From Candidatus Hydrogenedentales bacterium (GTDB lineage: Bacteria > Hydrogenedentota > Hydrogenedentia > Hydrogenedentales > SLHB01): DNA of 64,000 bases. Shown one piece after another: positions 39,080 through 50,800 of the stretch (positions are counted from its first letter, which is position 1; every line of letters starts with the position of its first letter). Below the pieces are notes generated by a model. That model did no database searches and was not told the origin of the DNA. It saw nothing but the letters and a program-made list of their open reading frames with translations. The stretch covers positions 9,958-73,957 of the forward strand of contig JBHELB010000039.1 in assembly GCA_041859045.1 (NCBI GenBank). The letters run 5' to 3'. Both the position numbers and the translations under genes were made by a program.

Positions 39080-40357
39080 CTATTTTGTGGGCGGTTTGCT
39101 GCCGTCTTTTCCGCGCAACGGCTCGGCCGCACCGCGAATTTCGAGGCGAATCTTTGCGAGGTGATTCGGGCCGCCGTCGAGGACGATGATACGGTACGGG
39201 CCGTGCGTGAGGACCTCGCCCTGCGCCGGGATGCGGCCCGTCGCATGCATGACCCAGCCGCCGACGGTTTCCACTTCGTCGTCTTCAATGCGCACGCCCA
39301 TCGCCTCGCAGGCATCTTCGAGTGGCATGCGCGCGTCGATAATGAAGGCGTTGGGCGCGGCCTGCCGGATTTGACTTTCCTCGCGGTCGTGTTCGTCCTG
39401 AATGTCGCCGAAGATTTGCTCAAGAATGTCCTCAATCGTGACCAGGCCGTCCGTGCCGCCGTATTCATCCGTAACGATCGCGATGTGCTGTTTGGCGGTC
39501 TTGAGGGTCTTGAGCAGATCGTCGAGTTTGATCGTATCCGGCACGTGAAGCACTTCACGCACGAAACGCGTGATGCTGGGATTCTCGGGTTGATCGTCGA
39601 GCAACACATCATAGGCGTTGATCGTGCCGATGATGGTGTCGATGCTGTCGCGGTAGATGGCGATGCGGGTGCGCCCGGTCTGCACAAACAGGTCGAACAG
39701 TTCCTGGCGCGTGGCGGTTTCAGGCAATGCCTCAATGTCGATGCGCGGAACCATGATCTCGTTGGCCTGGGTGTGTTGCAGATCGATGATCGAGTGGATC
39801 ATGCGCTGCTCTTCGCGTTCGATCGTGCCGTGCTCCGCGCTTTCGTCAACGAGGATGCGGACGTCGTCGAGCGAAGTCATGAAAGGGCTGATGTGGTGTT
39901 GTTCGCGCCCCACCGCGCGCATGAGCAAGCGGATCAGCGCGGTTGTAGGCGCAGTAATGGGAATCAGCACCCACTGAAACACTTGAATGATAGGAAACAG
40001 CGCCAGCGACAGGCGGCTCGGGTGTTTGCGGAAGAAGCTCTTGGGCATGATCTCGGAAAAGACCAGATAGACCGGCGTCGCAATGAGGGTCGCGAGCAGG
40101 GGCGAGTCGAGTACGTCGACCAGCGCGGTCGTGCCGAGCACGAGCAGGATATTGTTCGCGATGAGCAACATCGTGAGCAGCGCGTCGGGTCGGTACATGC
40201 AGCGCAGCAGGCGCGCGGCCCGGGGCAGGTGCTCCTCTTCGGCGAGGTAGCGAATGCGGATCGGGTTCGCGGAGACAAACCCAATCTCGTACCCGGCGAA
40301 CAGCGCCTGGAGCACGATCGTGATGAGGAAGACGAAGAGCGCAATCTCCGGGCTCAT
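39080..40357 (-). CDS. CNNM/DUF21-CBS-CorC_HlyC family (hemolysin/magnesium-cobalt efflux-like) protein
   Basis: DUF21 TM domain, CBS pair, C-terminal CorC_HlyC; start MSPEIALFVF. Confidence 0.8.
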   Translation of the reverse strand: MSPEIALFVFLITIVLQALFAGYEIGFVSANPIRIRYLAEEEHLPRAARLLRCMYRPDALLTMLLIANNILLVLGTTALVDVLDSPLLATLIATPVYLVFSEIMPKSFFRKHPSRLSLALFPIIQVFQWVLIPITAPTTALIRLLMRAVGREQHHISPFMTSLDDVRILVDESAEHGTIEREEQRMIHSIIDLQHTQANEIMVPRIDIEALPETATRQELFDLFVQTGRTRIAIYRDSIDTIIGTINAYDVLLDDQPENPSITRFVREVLHVPDTIKLDDLLKTLKTAKQHIAIVTDEYGGTDGLVTIEDILEQIFGDIQDEHDREESQIRQAAPNAFIIDARMPLEDACEAMGVRIEDDEVETVGGWVMHATGRIPAQGEVLTHGPYRIIVLDGGPNHLAKIRLEIRGAAEPLRGKDGSKPPTK

Positions 40358-41700
40358 GCCGTCTCCTCCCCGTTCGCGGCGGCGGCCTCGGGCATGCGCT
40401 CGATGCGCACGCGCGACGCGCGTTTCCCTTCGCACTCCTCGACGACGTAGCGCAGCCCCGCATGCTCAACGGTATCGCCGGTCTCCGGAACTTTCTCAAG
40501 CAGATGCATGACCAAGCCCGCGACCGTCGTGTGTTCCTCGTCTTCGAACTCCACATTCAGCAATTCGGCGAGTTCGTCGATGGAAAACGAACCCGGCACG
40601 ACGTATTCGGTCTCGGAGACTTTCTCGTACTCCGGCGTTTCGATTTCGTCCTCGTCGAGAATGTCGCCGACCACTTCTTGCAGGGCATCGTGCAGCGTGG
40701 CCAGTCCGCTGGTGCCGCCGTACTCGTCGACGACAATCGCCATGTGCGCGCGGTGGCGCTGAGTCTCCTTCACGAACTGGCGCACGGTCATGGTTTCCGG
40801 CACGAAATGCACGGGCCGCAGCAGAGGACGGATCGGGCGGCTGAGTTCGCCCTTCGCGATTGCGGGAAGAAGATCCTTCGCCACGAGAATGCCCGCGATA
40901 CTGTCGAGATCGTCGCGAAACACCGGCAAGCGGGAGTATTCATGCTGCCGCAACACGTCGAGGGCATCCTGGGTTGTCGCGGCTTCCGGCAGCGCGACGA
41001 CGTCGGGCCGGGGCACGATGATGGTGCGGACTTGGGCGTCGCTGAACTCCAGCACGCCCTCGATCATCTCGCGTTTTTCTTCCTCGATAACCCCCTGCGC
41101 CTCTTCACTCGCGAGGACGGACTTGAGCTCCTCGTCGGTAATGAAGGGCGCCGCGCGAAGTTCGTGCAGGTGCAGCAGGCGGAACAAGAGGTCGGTGAAC
41201 GAGAGCAGTATTTTGCAGAAGGGTTTGAGGAGGTAGTCGGTCGCCCAAAGCGGGACCGCGACGGCACGGGCAAATCCTTCCGCCATGCGCACGGCGACGA
41301 TCTTGGGCATGATCTCCCCGAAGAACACCAGTGCGAACGTGACCGCAAGCACGGCCAACCCATAGGCCTCGGCCTCTGAAAGCGGCGTCGCGGAGAAAAA
41401 ATCCTCGAGGTGCGCGCCGAGCACCGCGCCCAGGGTCACATTGACCATGAGGTTCATCACGAGAATGGTCGTGATAAGGTGGCCGGGGTTGGCCATCAAC
41501 TGCGTGATGATGCGCGCGGGAAGCGCTTCCTCTTCGCTGAGCGCGCGCAGCCGCAGTTTGTGAATCGAAAAAAACGCCGTTTCCGCGCCGGAGGTAAACG
41601 CCGACAATCCGAGCAGCAGCAGAATCGCGAGCACGCGTCCCGGCGGCATATGCACGTTCCACAGGGCGAACCACTCCGCGGCAGTAACTGGATAGTCCAT
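40354..41700 (-). CDS. CNNM/DUF21-CBS-CorC_HlyC family protein (paralog)
   Basis: Same architecture as the downstream paralog; start MDYPVTAAEW; 4-nt overlap with downstream gene. Confidence 0.8.
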   Translation of the reverse strand: MDYPVTAAEWFALWNVHMPPGRVLAILLLLGLSAFTSGAETAFFSIHKLRLRALSEEEALPARIITQLMANPGHLITTILVMNLMVNVTLGAVLGAHLEDFFSATPLSEAEAYGLAVLAVTFALVFFGEIMPKIVAVRMAEGFARAVAVPLWATDYLLKPFCKILLSFTDLLFRLLHLHELRAAPFITDEELKSVLASEEAQGVIEEEKREMIEGVLEFSDAQVRTIIVPRPDVVALPEAATTQDALDVLRQHEYSRLPVFRDDLDSIAGILVAKDLLPAIAKGELSRPIRPLLRPVHFVPETMTVRQFVKETQRHRAHMAIVVDEYGGTSGLATLHDALQEVVGDILDEDEIETPEYEKVSETEYVVPGSFSIDELAELLNVEFEDEEHTTVAGLVMHLLEKVPETGDTVEHAGLRYVVEECEGKRASRVRIERMPEAAAANGEETA

Positions 41701-41828
41701 TGAGACAGCCGACGACGCGTCCCCATTCGAAGCGGCGATAGCCACGACGCAGCAGGTGGCGGCGATGCCCGTGATCAAGGCGACGCCGCGGCGGCGAATT
41801 CCCCCGATTTCGCTCCGCAAAACGACTA

Positions 41829-42311
41829 CTACCTCCTCTTCGCCGCGGGGCGGCTCAGTTTAGGCCAGGCCTCTTCGATGGAAATACCGAGATATTGAGC
41901 TTGTTTTTCGGCCATTTGCTTGCAGGCGCGTTCGGTCTTGTGCGTATATCCAAGCAAATGCAACATACCATGACAAAACAGCAGCCGCACTTCGTCGCGC
42001 ATGGCCTGGGCGTCTTCGCGGGCGTCGCGCGCGACGGTGTCCAGGGAAATAACGATATCGCCGAGAACTCGCGGCTGCGCGACTGCGCCGCTGGCTTGCG
42101 CAAACGACAGCACGTCGGTTGGTCGGTCTTGCTTGCGGTAGTCGCGATTCAATTCGCGAATAAACGGATCGCTGCAGTAGAGGAGACTGACTTCGCAGGG
42201 AACGGTCATTCCCTCTCCTTCGCAAATCTGCTGGGCGAGCCGGGCCAGCACGTCGCGACGGCACGGGGTGCGCCACGGGGACTCGTTACGAACCTCGAGA
42301 TGAACGGTCAT
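41829..42311 (-). CDS. ybeY: rRNA maturation RNase YbeY
   Basis: HxxxH...LLGYxH zinc motif (LLFCHGMLHLLGYTH). Confidence 0.9.
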   Translation of the reverse strand: MTVHLEVRNESPWRTPCRRDVLARLAQQICEGEGMTVPCEVSLLYCSDPFIRELNRDYRKQDRPTDVLSFAQASGAVAQPRVLGDIVISLDTVARDAREDAQAMRDEVRLLFCHGMLHLLGYTHKTERACKQMAEKQAQYLGISIEEAWPKLSRPAAKRR

Positions 42312-44827
42312 AGGTCACCTCCTATCGGCGGGGCGGCAATGCTCGCCTGTTTCTTTCGCACGTCGTCGGGATACGCGATGCGCGTGTGCTGACTCGTCAG
42401 AATGCGGCGCGTCACCACGCGCGCGATCGTATCGAGATCGCGAAGCGTCAATTCGCACTCGTCGAACTGACGATCCAACAGGCGCGCGGAGACGAGTTTG
42501 TCCACCACCTCGCGGATGCGCTCTTCGTTCGGATTCTTGATCGAGCGTACCGAGGATTCCGCCGCATCGCAAATCATGAGAATGGCGGTCTCCGGGGTCT
42601 GCGGCTTGGGGCCAGGATAACGGAAGTCGGCTTCGTCGATATCGCCGTGTTTCTGCTGCGCGAGCGCTTGTTGATGAAAGAAACTGATCATGGACGTGCC
42701 GTGGTGCTCGAGGATGCCGTCGACAATCGGCTTGGGCAGATGAAAATCGCGCGCCATCTCCGCGCCTTCGATGACATGCGACGCGATCGCGCGCGCGCTG
42801 AGGCGCGGCGACAATTCGTCGTGGACGTTTACGCCGGTCTGGTTCTCGCTGAAGTACTCCGGTCGCCGCAGCTTGCCGATGTCGTGGTAATACGCGCAGA
42901 CCCGTGCGAGCAGGCCGTTCGCGCCGATGGCGTCGGCGGCGGCTTCCGCCAACTGGCCCAGCATGAGGCTGTGGGCGTAGGTCGCGGGCACTTCAATGGC
43001 GAGACGGCTGAGCAGCTCGTTGTTGAGGTCGGAGTACTCGAGCAGTTGGATGTCGGTCACGATGCCCGTGAGGCGTTCGAGCGGCGAGAGCAGCCCCGGC
43101 ACCAGAAAGAGGCACGCCAGCGCGTTCAAGGCGATGAGCCAGAGGCGCTGGATGAGCAGGTCGCCTGAGGGAGCGCCGCCGGTAAGCGTGGCAGCGAGGA
43201 TCACGACGAGTCCCGTGGCGGCGGCGGCGAGGGCCGCGCCGGTCATGTCGCTGCGCCGACGGACTTTGGAGATGGTCAGGGCACCGGCGAACGCCATCGC
43301 GCCGAGCGTGATGAGGACGCCCCAGTTGTATTGGTATTGAACGGAGACCAACAAGGCCATGAGCATACTGGCCACAAGGGCCACACGCACATTGAGCAGG
43401 ATCGCCAACAGGATGGCTCCCGCGGCGACAGGCACGGCGTAGCCGGTGGGGTCGAAGTAGGAGATGACGCGGCTGAGAATGAGCATTCCGCAGATGATGA
43501 GCAATGACAGGTGCACACGGCGGCGCGAAGGCATGCTGCGGCGTCGGCTCACCAACGGCACGACGCGCGCGAGGCAGATCAGGGCCATCGCCGTGAAAAC
43601 GGCGTACGCCGTAAGCTGCGCCGCAAAGCCCGCGACTTTGCCCTGGCCCGATTGCCGCAGGCGCTGGTGCGTTTCGTAGGCGAGAATGGACTGTTGAGTC
43701 CACGGCCGACCCATTTCCTGGATCGGTTGGTATCGCTCGTACTTGCGCAACACGGACTTCTCTTTGGCGCGGGCATTTTCGCGCTGACGCTCCGTTTCTT
43801 CAGGGTAGAACGCAAGCGTGGGGGAGATATCCAACTGTGCGAGTTGATACGCGGCGTCTTGGAGCTCCTGGGTCGAGGCCGCCACCGCTTCGCCGGTGGC
43901 GAGGGTCTGGCGGATGGCCTCGTCGAGCTGAGTGCGGAGCATGCGGCGGGCGGCCGCAAGCACGGGCAGCGCCGCGGTACTGGTGATTTCCTCGCGTAGC
44001 GCCTGGCCCTGGACCGGGGCGTCGCGCAGGATCACAATCGCGGCGGGCGAGGGTTGATCCGCCGAGGCTTGCTCCGGCGAAGGCAGCACGCCGTAATTGA
44101 GAACGTGCCGCAGGGCCGTCTCGGATGCGGCGAGAAGACGATCAAAATAACGGTATTCGAAGAGCGGCCCTTGAGGGTCGGTGAGAGTCGTGGTTTTCTG
44201 CGGGGCGGTGTCCTGCGGAGAAGCGGCGGACGCGAATTCGCGTTTGGGAAGCGACTCCAGGCGTGGGGTCACCCAAAGCGCCAAAGAGGCCGGGTTCTCG
44301 ATGCCTTCGAACTGTGGGTCTTGCGCGAGCGTGCGAACGTAATTCGTCACCGCGTCGTTTACGAGCACATCCGGAGATTGCGCCGAGGTGGAATCGCGCA
44401 GCGCCTGACGCACAACGCGCTCCAAATCGCCGCGCCGCGCCTGCAACGCCTGCACGCGTTGGCGGAACGCCGCCAGTTGTTCGTCAACGCGTCCAGGATT
44501 GACGCGATAGACATCGGGCACCTTCGCCGCCGCTTCGTCTCGAACTTTGGCGGTGGCGTCGAGGTCTTCCACCTCGAAGGGGAACTGCGCCTGAATGGTT
44601 TCCTTGGCGAGCTCGTTGTAATTGATCTTTGCTTTTTGGTCGAGGCGCCCTTGCGACGGAGAGAGGGCGAGCGTGGCCAGGATGACCACGAAGGCCGCGC
44701 CGTACACCGCCCAATCGCCCAGGGCCCGCTGCGGGTTCCCGGGCGCGGGTTCTGTCGCCCCGCGATAGAAGCCTTTTCCCATGCGGCCTTTTCGGCGGCC
44801 GAACCGGGGCCAAGAGAAAGACATCAC
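42308..44827 (-). CDS. 7TM-receptor with intracellular HD hydrolase domain (PgpH/YqfF-like HDIG)
   Basis: Large extracellular region, 7 TM helices, C-terminal HD motif (HSLMLGQLAEAAA...YYHDIGK); phoH-ybeY neighbourhood. Confidence 0.75.
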   Translation of the reverse strand: MMSFSWPRFGRRKGRMGKGFYRGATEPAPGNPQRALGDWAVYGAAFVVILATLALSPSQGRLDQKAKINYNELAKETIQAQFPFEVEDLDATAKVRDEAAAKVPDVYRVNPGRVDEQLAAFRQRVQALQARRGDLERVVRQALRDSTSAQSPDVLVNDAVTNYVRTLAQDPQFEGIENPASLALWVTPRLESLPKREFASAASPQDTAPQKTTTLTDPQGPLFEYRYFDRLLAASETALRHVLNYGVLPSPEQASADQPSPAAIVILRDAPVQGQALREEITSTAALPVLAAARRMLRTQLDEAIRQTLATGEAVAASTQELQDAAYQLAQLDISPTLAFYPEETERQRENARAKEKSVLRKYERYQPIQEMGRPWTQQSILAYETHQRLRQSGQGKVAGFAAQLTAYAVFTAMALICLARVVPLVSRRRSMPSRRRVHLSLLIICGMLILSRVISYFDPTGYAVPVAAGAILLAILLNVRVALVASMLMALLVSVQYQYNWGVLITLGAMAFAGALTISKVRRRSDMTGAALAAAATGLVVILAATLTGGAPSGDLLIQRLWLIALNALACLFLVPGLLSPLERLTGIVTDIQLLEYSDLNNELLSRLAIEVPATYAHSLMLGQLAEAAADAIGANGLLARVCAYYHDIGKLRRPEYFSENQTGVNVHDELSPRLSARAIASHVIEGAEMARDFHLPKPIVDGILEHHGTSMISFFHQQALAQQKHGDIDEADFRYPGPKPQTPETAILMICDAAESSVRSIKNPNEERIREVVDKLVSARLLDRQFDECELTLRDLDTIARVVTRRILTSQHTRIAYPDDVRKKQASIAAPPIGGDL

Positions 44828-45711
44828 CGCGCGCCGCCTGTTTCGCCGCGGGCGGCCTCTTCGCTTTCGGCCGCTTCATACGCCGCCACGATGCGCTCGA
44901 CGAGCGGGTGACGGACGACATCGGAGCGGGTGAGATGAACGACCGCGATGCCTTCGGTATTACGCAGGATGCGCTGGACTTCGACGAGTCCGGAACGCGT
45001 GCCGCGCGGCAGGTCGATTTGCGTGACATCGCCGGTGATGACGGCTTTCGAGCCCTCGCCCAGGCGGGTCAGGAACATTTTCATCTGTTCCATGGTGGTG
45101 TTCTGCGCTTCATCGAGAATGGCGAACACATTGGAGAGGGTTCGCCCGCGCATGAACGCCAGCGGCGCGACCTCGATCATTTCGCGCTCGACCAATCGCC
45201 GCGCGCGGTCGACGTCCACCATCGCGTAGAGCGCGTCATAGAGCGGGCGCAGGTAGGGGTTGACCTTCTGCACCAGATCGCCGGGCAAGAACCCCAGGCT
45301 TTCGCCCGCCTCGACCGCCGGCCGTGTGAGAACAAGTCGGTCCACTTCCTTATTCAGCAGGGCCGAAACCGCCGCCGCCATGGCCAGGAAGGTCTTTCCG
45401 GTTCCCGCGGGGCCAATCACGATGGTCACCGCGTGGCGCTGCATCATATCGAGATAGGCGTGCTGACCGCGCGTGCGCGGCTTGATGGAGATGTCGCGGC
45501 GCAACGCCTGCGGCGTCTCGCCCAGCACGGCCCCCATGTCGCTCAGACGATTCTGGTCCGCCTCGCGCAAGGCAAAGGTGACATCCGCAAGGGTGGGCGT
45601 GTGTCCGCGCCGAACGGCTTCGAGCAATTGATCAAGCAAACGGCCCACACGCGCAGTGACGGCGTCGTCGCCGATCACGACTACTTTCGCTCCACGATCG
45701 ACGATGCGCAC
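44824..45711 (-). CDS. phoH: PhoH family ATPase
   Basis: Walker A GPAGTGKT; PhoH family conservation. Confidence 0.9.
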   Translation of the reverse strand: MRIVDRGAKVVVIGDDAVTARVGRLLDQLLEAVRRGHTPTLADVTFALREADQNRLSDMGAVLGETPQALRRDISIKPRTRGQHAYLDMMQRHAVTIVIGPAGTGKTFLAMAAAVSALLNKEVDRLVLTRPAVEAGESLGFLPGDLVQKVNPYLRPLYDALYAMVDVDRARRLVEREMIEVAPLAFMRGRTLSNVFAILDEAQNTTMEQMKMFLTRLGEGSKAVITGDVTQIDLPRGTRSGLVEVQRILRNTEGIAVVHLTRSDVVRHPLVERIVAAYEAAESEEAARGETGGAR

Positions 45712-45844
45712 AGGGGCGGTTTCTTGAATCCGCCGGCGCAGTTCGCCGTTCCGTCCCAGTAACTTGACGGCTTCTTCTTGGCTATTCAGGAGAATCTCGT
45801 GTGTCAGGGTCGCGTCGCGCTCCTCTGTAATCGTCCTTTGGGGG

Positions 45845-46132
45845 TCATTGCGGGGGCAGGTCCACGCGGTAGACCTTTTCCCCCTCGCGGACGAGGTTCT
45901 TATTTTGGCGGATGGACTGCTCGACCTCCACGGGGTCGGTCTTGAGGCGTTGGACGTCCTCTTTCAATTTGTCGCGCTCCGCGCGCAGGGCGTCGTGTTC
46001 GCGCTCGATGGCCTGAGTTTCCTTTTGGCTGTCGAGGTAGTCCCGCCAACAAGCGGCAAGGTCGCGATGGTAGGCGTACCCTGCGGTACCCGCCACCACC
46101 GCGACCAACGCTATCCAATACTTGAGATTCAT
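45845..46132 (-). CDS. ftsB: septum formation initiator FtsB/DivIC-like
   Basis: N-terminal TM plus coiled coil, directly downstream of eno. Confidence 0.6.
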   Translation of the reverse strand: MNLKYWIALVAVVAGTAGYAYHRDLAACWRDYLDSQKETQAIEREHDALRAERDKLKEDVQRLKTDPVEVEQSIRQNKNLVREGEKVYRVDLPPQ

Positions 46133-46153
46133 AGCCTCCGTGGGAAGGCGCGC

Positions 46154-47470
<1,317 letters not shown>

Positions 47471-47538
47471 CTATCTCCTTCCTGCTACCAGTCTACTCCA
47501 CCTTGCGGCGGCACACAAACGCCAAATCGGCTATATCG

Positions 47539-48354
47539 CTACCCTTTCCAGGGGAACAGCGCATCGCGCAACCCGCGATTTAGGTAATCGTCATGCACAT
47601 TCTCGTATTCATACCGTTTCCGCCGGGCCTCGACGGTTTCCCGGAGTCCCTGAGCGGCGTCCGCCGCGGCGTACTTCCGCGCCAGCATCTCGTAGGCGCT
47701 CGAAACCAGCGCCACAAGCCAGCCCGGCAGTATGAACGGCGCCAACGGCAACGCCAGCACCGAAATCGCCACAAAAAACAGAGTCATCAGCGCCAGACCG
47801 ATGCTGAATCCCGGGTTATCGAGCACCAGCATCGCCGCCAGCCTAAGCGTCGTCAATGGGCGCTCGTTCTTCTGTACCAACGCAGGAAACGCATAGAGCG
47901 CCGTCAACGCACCAAACGCCAATATCCACAACGCCAATCCGCTCAGCGCATAGCCGAGCCAGCTCAGCGAGGGGCCCAATCGCTGGGAGTAAAAAAACAC
48001 GCTGCTTGCCAGGCAGATTGTCGCGATCGTGTAAATGGCGCCCAATGCCGCCGCACACCCCGCGTAGCGCCGTATTCCCTCGAAAAAAGTCCCCAGTTGG
48101 CCATCGCGCGTGTCGATGAGCTGCTTTGCCAACGCGGCCATCCCGGCGGTCATCACCGGAACCAGCACCGCGACACTGAGCAACGCGAACGGCGCAGCCA
48201 AGAGCAACATCCCCGGTCCGCCGCTCACCAACAGCGATATTCCCAGCAGCAGCGGCGTCAACGCCACCACCGACCACAAGAACGACGCAACGATAAGCTT
48301 CCCGAGGTGGTCGTAGGTCACCCAGAAGGCCATTTTCATGGCCCGCCCGAGCAC
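47539..48354 (-). CDS. DUF624-like multi-pass membrane protein
   Basis: 6 TM helices; start possibly at MKMAFW (48336). Confidence 0.45.
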   Translation of the reverse strand: MLGRAMKMAFWVTYDHLGKLIVASFLWSVVALTPLLLGISLLVSGGPGMLLLAAPFALLSVAVLVPVMTAGMAALAKQLIDTRDGQLGTFFEGIRRYAGCAAALGAIYTIATICLASSVFFYSQRLGPSLSWLGYALSGLALWILAFGALTALYAFPALVQKNERPLTTLRLAAMLVLDNPGFSIGLALMTLFFVAISVLALPLAPFILPGWLVALVSSAYEMLARKYAAADAAQGLRETVEARRKRYEYENVHDDYLNRGLRDALFPWKG

Positions 48355-48396
48355 TAGGGTTCCCTCCCGTCAACCTCGTGCGTTGAATACATTCGT

Positions 48397-49395
48397 CTAC
48401 AGAAACTTCTGAACGCGGCTACGCTTGCGCTGTTCGTTCAACCATTTGGCGAACTTCGCGCTCGCGGCCGTCTCACGCAGCTTGGGCTCGATGTCCTTGC
48501 GGACATCATCCAGCGTCGCCTGACCCGCCGCCTCGCGCTTCTCAGCCTTGAGCAAGCTGAAGCCGGTATCCGTCTCGACAACGCCACTCACCCCGCCTTC
48601 AGGCAGCGCCCACAGGGCATCGTCCAGCGCATCCACCAAGTCGCCCTTCGCAACCCACCCGATCACGCCGCCTTCCTTCGCGCCGGGCGCCTCGGAATGG
48701 GCAATGGCAAGGTCGCCAAAACTCGCGCCGGCCTTGAGCTCTTCGGCCAGCTTCTCCACCCGCGCCCGCACCACCGCGCGCTTGGCCGCGTCGGCCGGAG
48801 CGGACAGAAAAATCTGCCGTGCGCGGATGCGTTCAGGACGGGAAAACTCGGATGCGTGGTCCTGGAAATACTGCGCGACGTCGGACTCGGTCACTTCGAC
48901 TTCCGCCTCGAACTGTCTGCGCTTCTCGTTGGCCATCCGGCTTGCGAGAATCATTTTCTTCAAGTTTTCGCGGTACTCGCTCAACGTCAGTCCTGCGGCC
49001 TCGACTTCCTTCTGGAAGGCTTCGGCGGTCGGATACTGCGCGCGTTCCGCCTGGACGCGGCGCTCGATGTCTTCGTCATTGACCTTAATGCCCGCGATCA
49101 GCGCTTCGCGCAGGAGAATCTTGGCGTCAATCGCCTGATCCACCGCGTCGTTCATGAGCTTTTCCGCCGCGGCGTCGAAAGCCGCCTCGCTGCTCGCGCT
49201 GCGCTGAAGCCCGTTCAACGCCGGACGGATCTCAGCGATAATCTCGCTCTGGAGAATGGGTTCCTTGTCCACCACCGCCACGATTCGGTCCAGTGTCTCG
49301 GCCTGAACGGATGGCATCCCTGTCCAAATCACAAACGCCATTACCGCCGCACTAACGACGGCCGCCACTTGGCCCAAGTTCATCTTTTTGGTCAT
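48397..49395 (-). CDS. SurA/PrsA-like peptidyl-prolyl cis-trans isomerase (parvulin domain)
   Basis: Signal peptide, SurA N-domain-like region, one PpiC parvulin domain (GGVIGWVAKGDLVDALDDALWALPEGGVSGVVETDTGFSLL). Confidence 0.7.
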   Translation of the reverse strand: MTKKMNLGQVAAVVSAAVMAFVIWTGMPSVQAETLDRIVAVVDKEPILQSEIIAEIRPALNGLQRSASSEAAFDAAAEKLMNDAVDQAIDAKILLREALIAGIKVNDEDIERRVQAERAQYPTAEAFQKEVEAAGLTLSEYRENLKKMILASRMANEKRRQFEAEVEVTESDVAQYFQDHASEFSRPERIRARQIFLSAPADAAKRAVVRARVEKLAEELKAGASFGDLAIAHSEAPGAKEGGVIGWVAKGDLVDALDDALWALPEGGVSGVVETDTGFSLLKAEKREAAGQATLDDVRKDIEPKLRETAASAKFAKWLNEQRKRSRVQKFL

Positions 49396-49607
49396 CGGCT
49401 TGCTTCCCCCGTGTACACTGATCGCAGGCTCCACGTCTTGAAAACCCGCCCTACATTCAAGCCAAAAGCATACCACAGGTGCGGCTCACACTCAATCGAG
49501 GGGTTGCCGTTCCCTGGCGATTCTTGCTAGACTTTCACCTCTTGGCGGCGGCGTGTGCCCCGCCGGCATATTTTGGCGGAAGTACTCCACCTCAAAGGAG
49601 GTCTCTC

Positions 49608-50762
49608 ATGGCGATTGCTCCCCATGGCGGTACGTTGGTTAACCGGTTTCTCAAGGGCGCGGAACTCGAGGCGGCGAAGAAAAAAGCGGCCGGACTGCCG
49701 AAAATCACGGTGGACGCCTATGCCGCGTTCGATATCGATTGTATCGCCAAGGGCATCTTTAGTCCTTTGACGGGGTTCATGGGCGAAGCCGAGGTGCGCT
49801 CCGTGCTCGATACGATGCACCTGCGCCCGGGCATTCCGTGGACGATCCCGATTCTGTTGTCGGTCACCCCGAAAGAAGCCGACACGCTCGAGATCGGCGG
49901 CGGCGTGGCCATCGAAAATGACTTGGGCGAGATCGTCGCCATCCTTGACCTGCGCGAGAAGTTCACGGTCGATCACCGCGAAATCGCGGAAAAAACCTAC
50001 CGCACCCTCGACGAATCGCACCCGGGCGTGAAATACACGCTGTCGCTGGGCGACGTCTTCCTGGCGGGCGATCTCGACGTGTTGGCCGAGCGCACCATCG
50101 AGTTCCAGGATCACAACCTGTCGCCCAAGGAGACCCGTGCGGCGTTCGAGCATCACGGCTGGAAACGGATCGTCGCGTTCCAGACCCGCAACCCCATCCA
50201 CCGCGCGCATGAGTACATCACGAAATGCGCCCTCGAGATCTGCGACGGTCTGCTGATCCATCCGCTGATGGGCACGACCAAGAGCGACGATATCCCCGGC
50301 GACGTGCGCATGCGCTGCTACCAGGTCTTGATCGACGACTACTATCCCCGGGAGCACACGATGCTCTCGCTGATGCCCGTGAACATGCGCTATGCGGGAC
50401 CGAAAGAAGCGATTCTGCACGCAATCGTCCGCCGCAACTACGGCTGCACGCACTTCATCGTCGGTCGCGACCACGCGGGGGTGGGCAACTTCTACGGCAC
50501 GTACGATGCCCATTACATCTTCGATGAGTTCGACCCCGCGGAACTGGGCATTACGCCGTTGTTCTTCGATCACAGTTTCTGGTCCAAACGCACAAACAGC
50601 ATGGCCACGAAGAAGACCTGCCCCGGCACGGACGCGGACCACGTCATCCTGAGCGGCACGAAGGTGCGCGAGATGCTCAAGCGCGGCGAGATTCCGCCCG
50701 AGGAGTTCACGCGTCCCGAGGTCGCCAAGATCCTCATCGAGTGGGCGCAGAGCGTCGAATAA
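49608..50762 (+). CDS. sat: sulfate adenylyltransferase (ATP sulfurylase)
   Basis: QTRNPIHRAHE and GRDHAG motifs; RBS aaggagg. Confidence 0.9.
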   Translation: MAIAPHGGTLVNRFLKGAELEAAKKKAAGLPKITVDAYAAFDIDCIAKGIFSPLTGFMGEAEVRSVLDTMHLRPGIPWTIPILLSVTPKEADTLEIGGGVAIENDLGEIVAILDLREKFTVDHREIAEKTYRTLDESHPGVKYTLSLGDVFLAGDLDVLAERTIEFQDHNLSPKETRAAFEHHGWKRIVAFQTRNPIHRAHEYITKCALEICDGLLIHPLMGTTKSDDIPGDVRMRCYQVLIDDYYPREHTMLSLMPVNMRYAGPKEAILHAIVRRNYGCTHFIVGRDHAGVGNFYGTYDAHYIFDEFDPAELGITPLFFDHSFWSKRTNSMATKKTCPGTDADHVILSGTKVREMLKRGEIPPEEFTRPEVAKILIEWAQSVE

Positions 50763-50800
50763 ACCATCCCTCATCCTGGGCGTCCTCCGGGGCGCCCAGG

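Noticed and set aside
39161-40450. 429-aa plus-strand ORF
   Set aside because: Antisense to the CNNM gene; D/R/G/V-rich.
49527-50774. 415-aa minus-strand ORF
   Set aside because: Antisense to sat.
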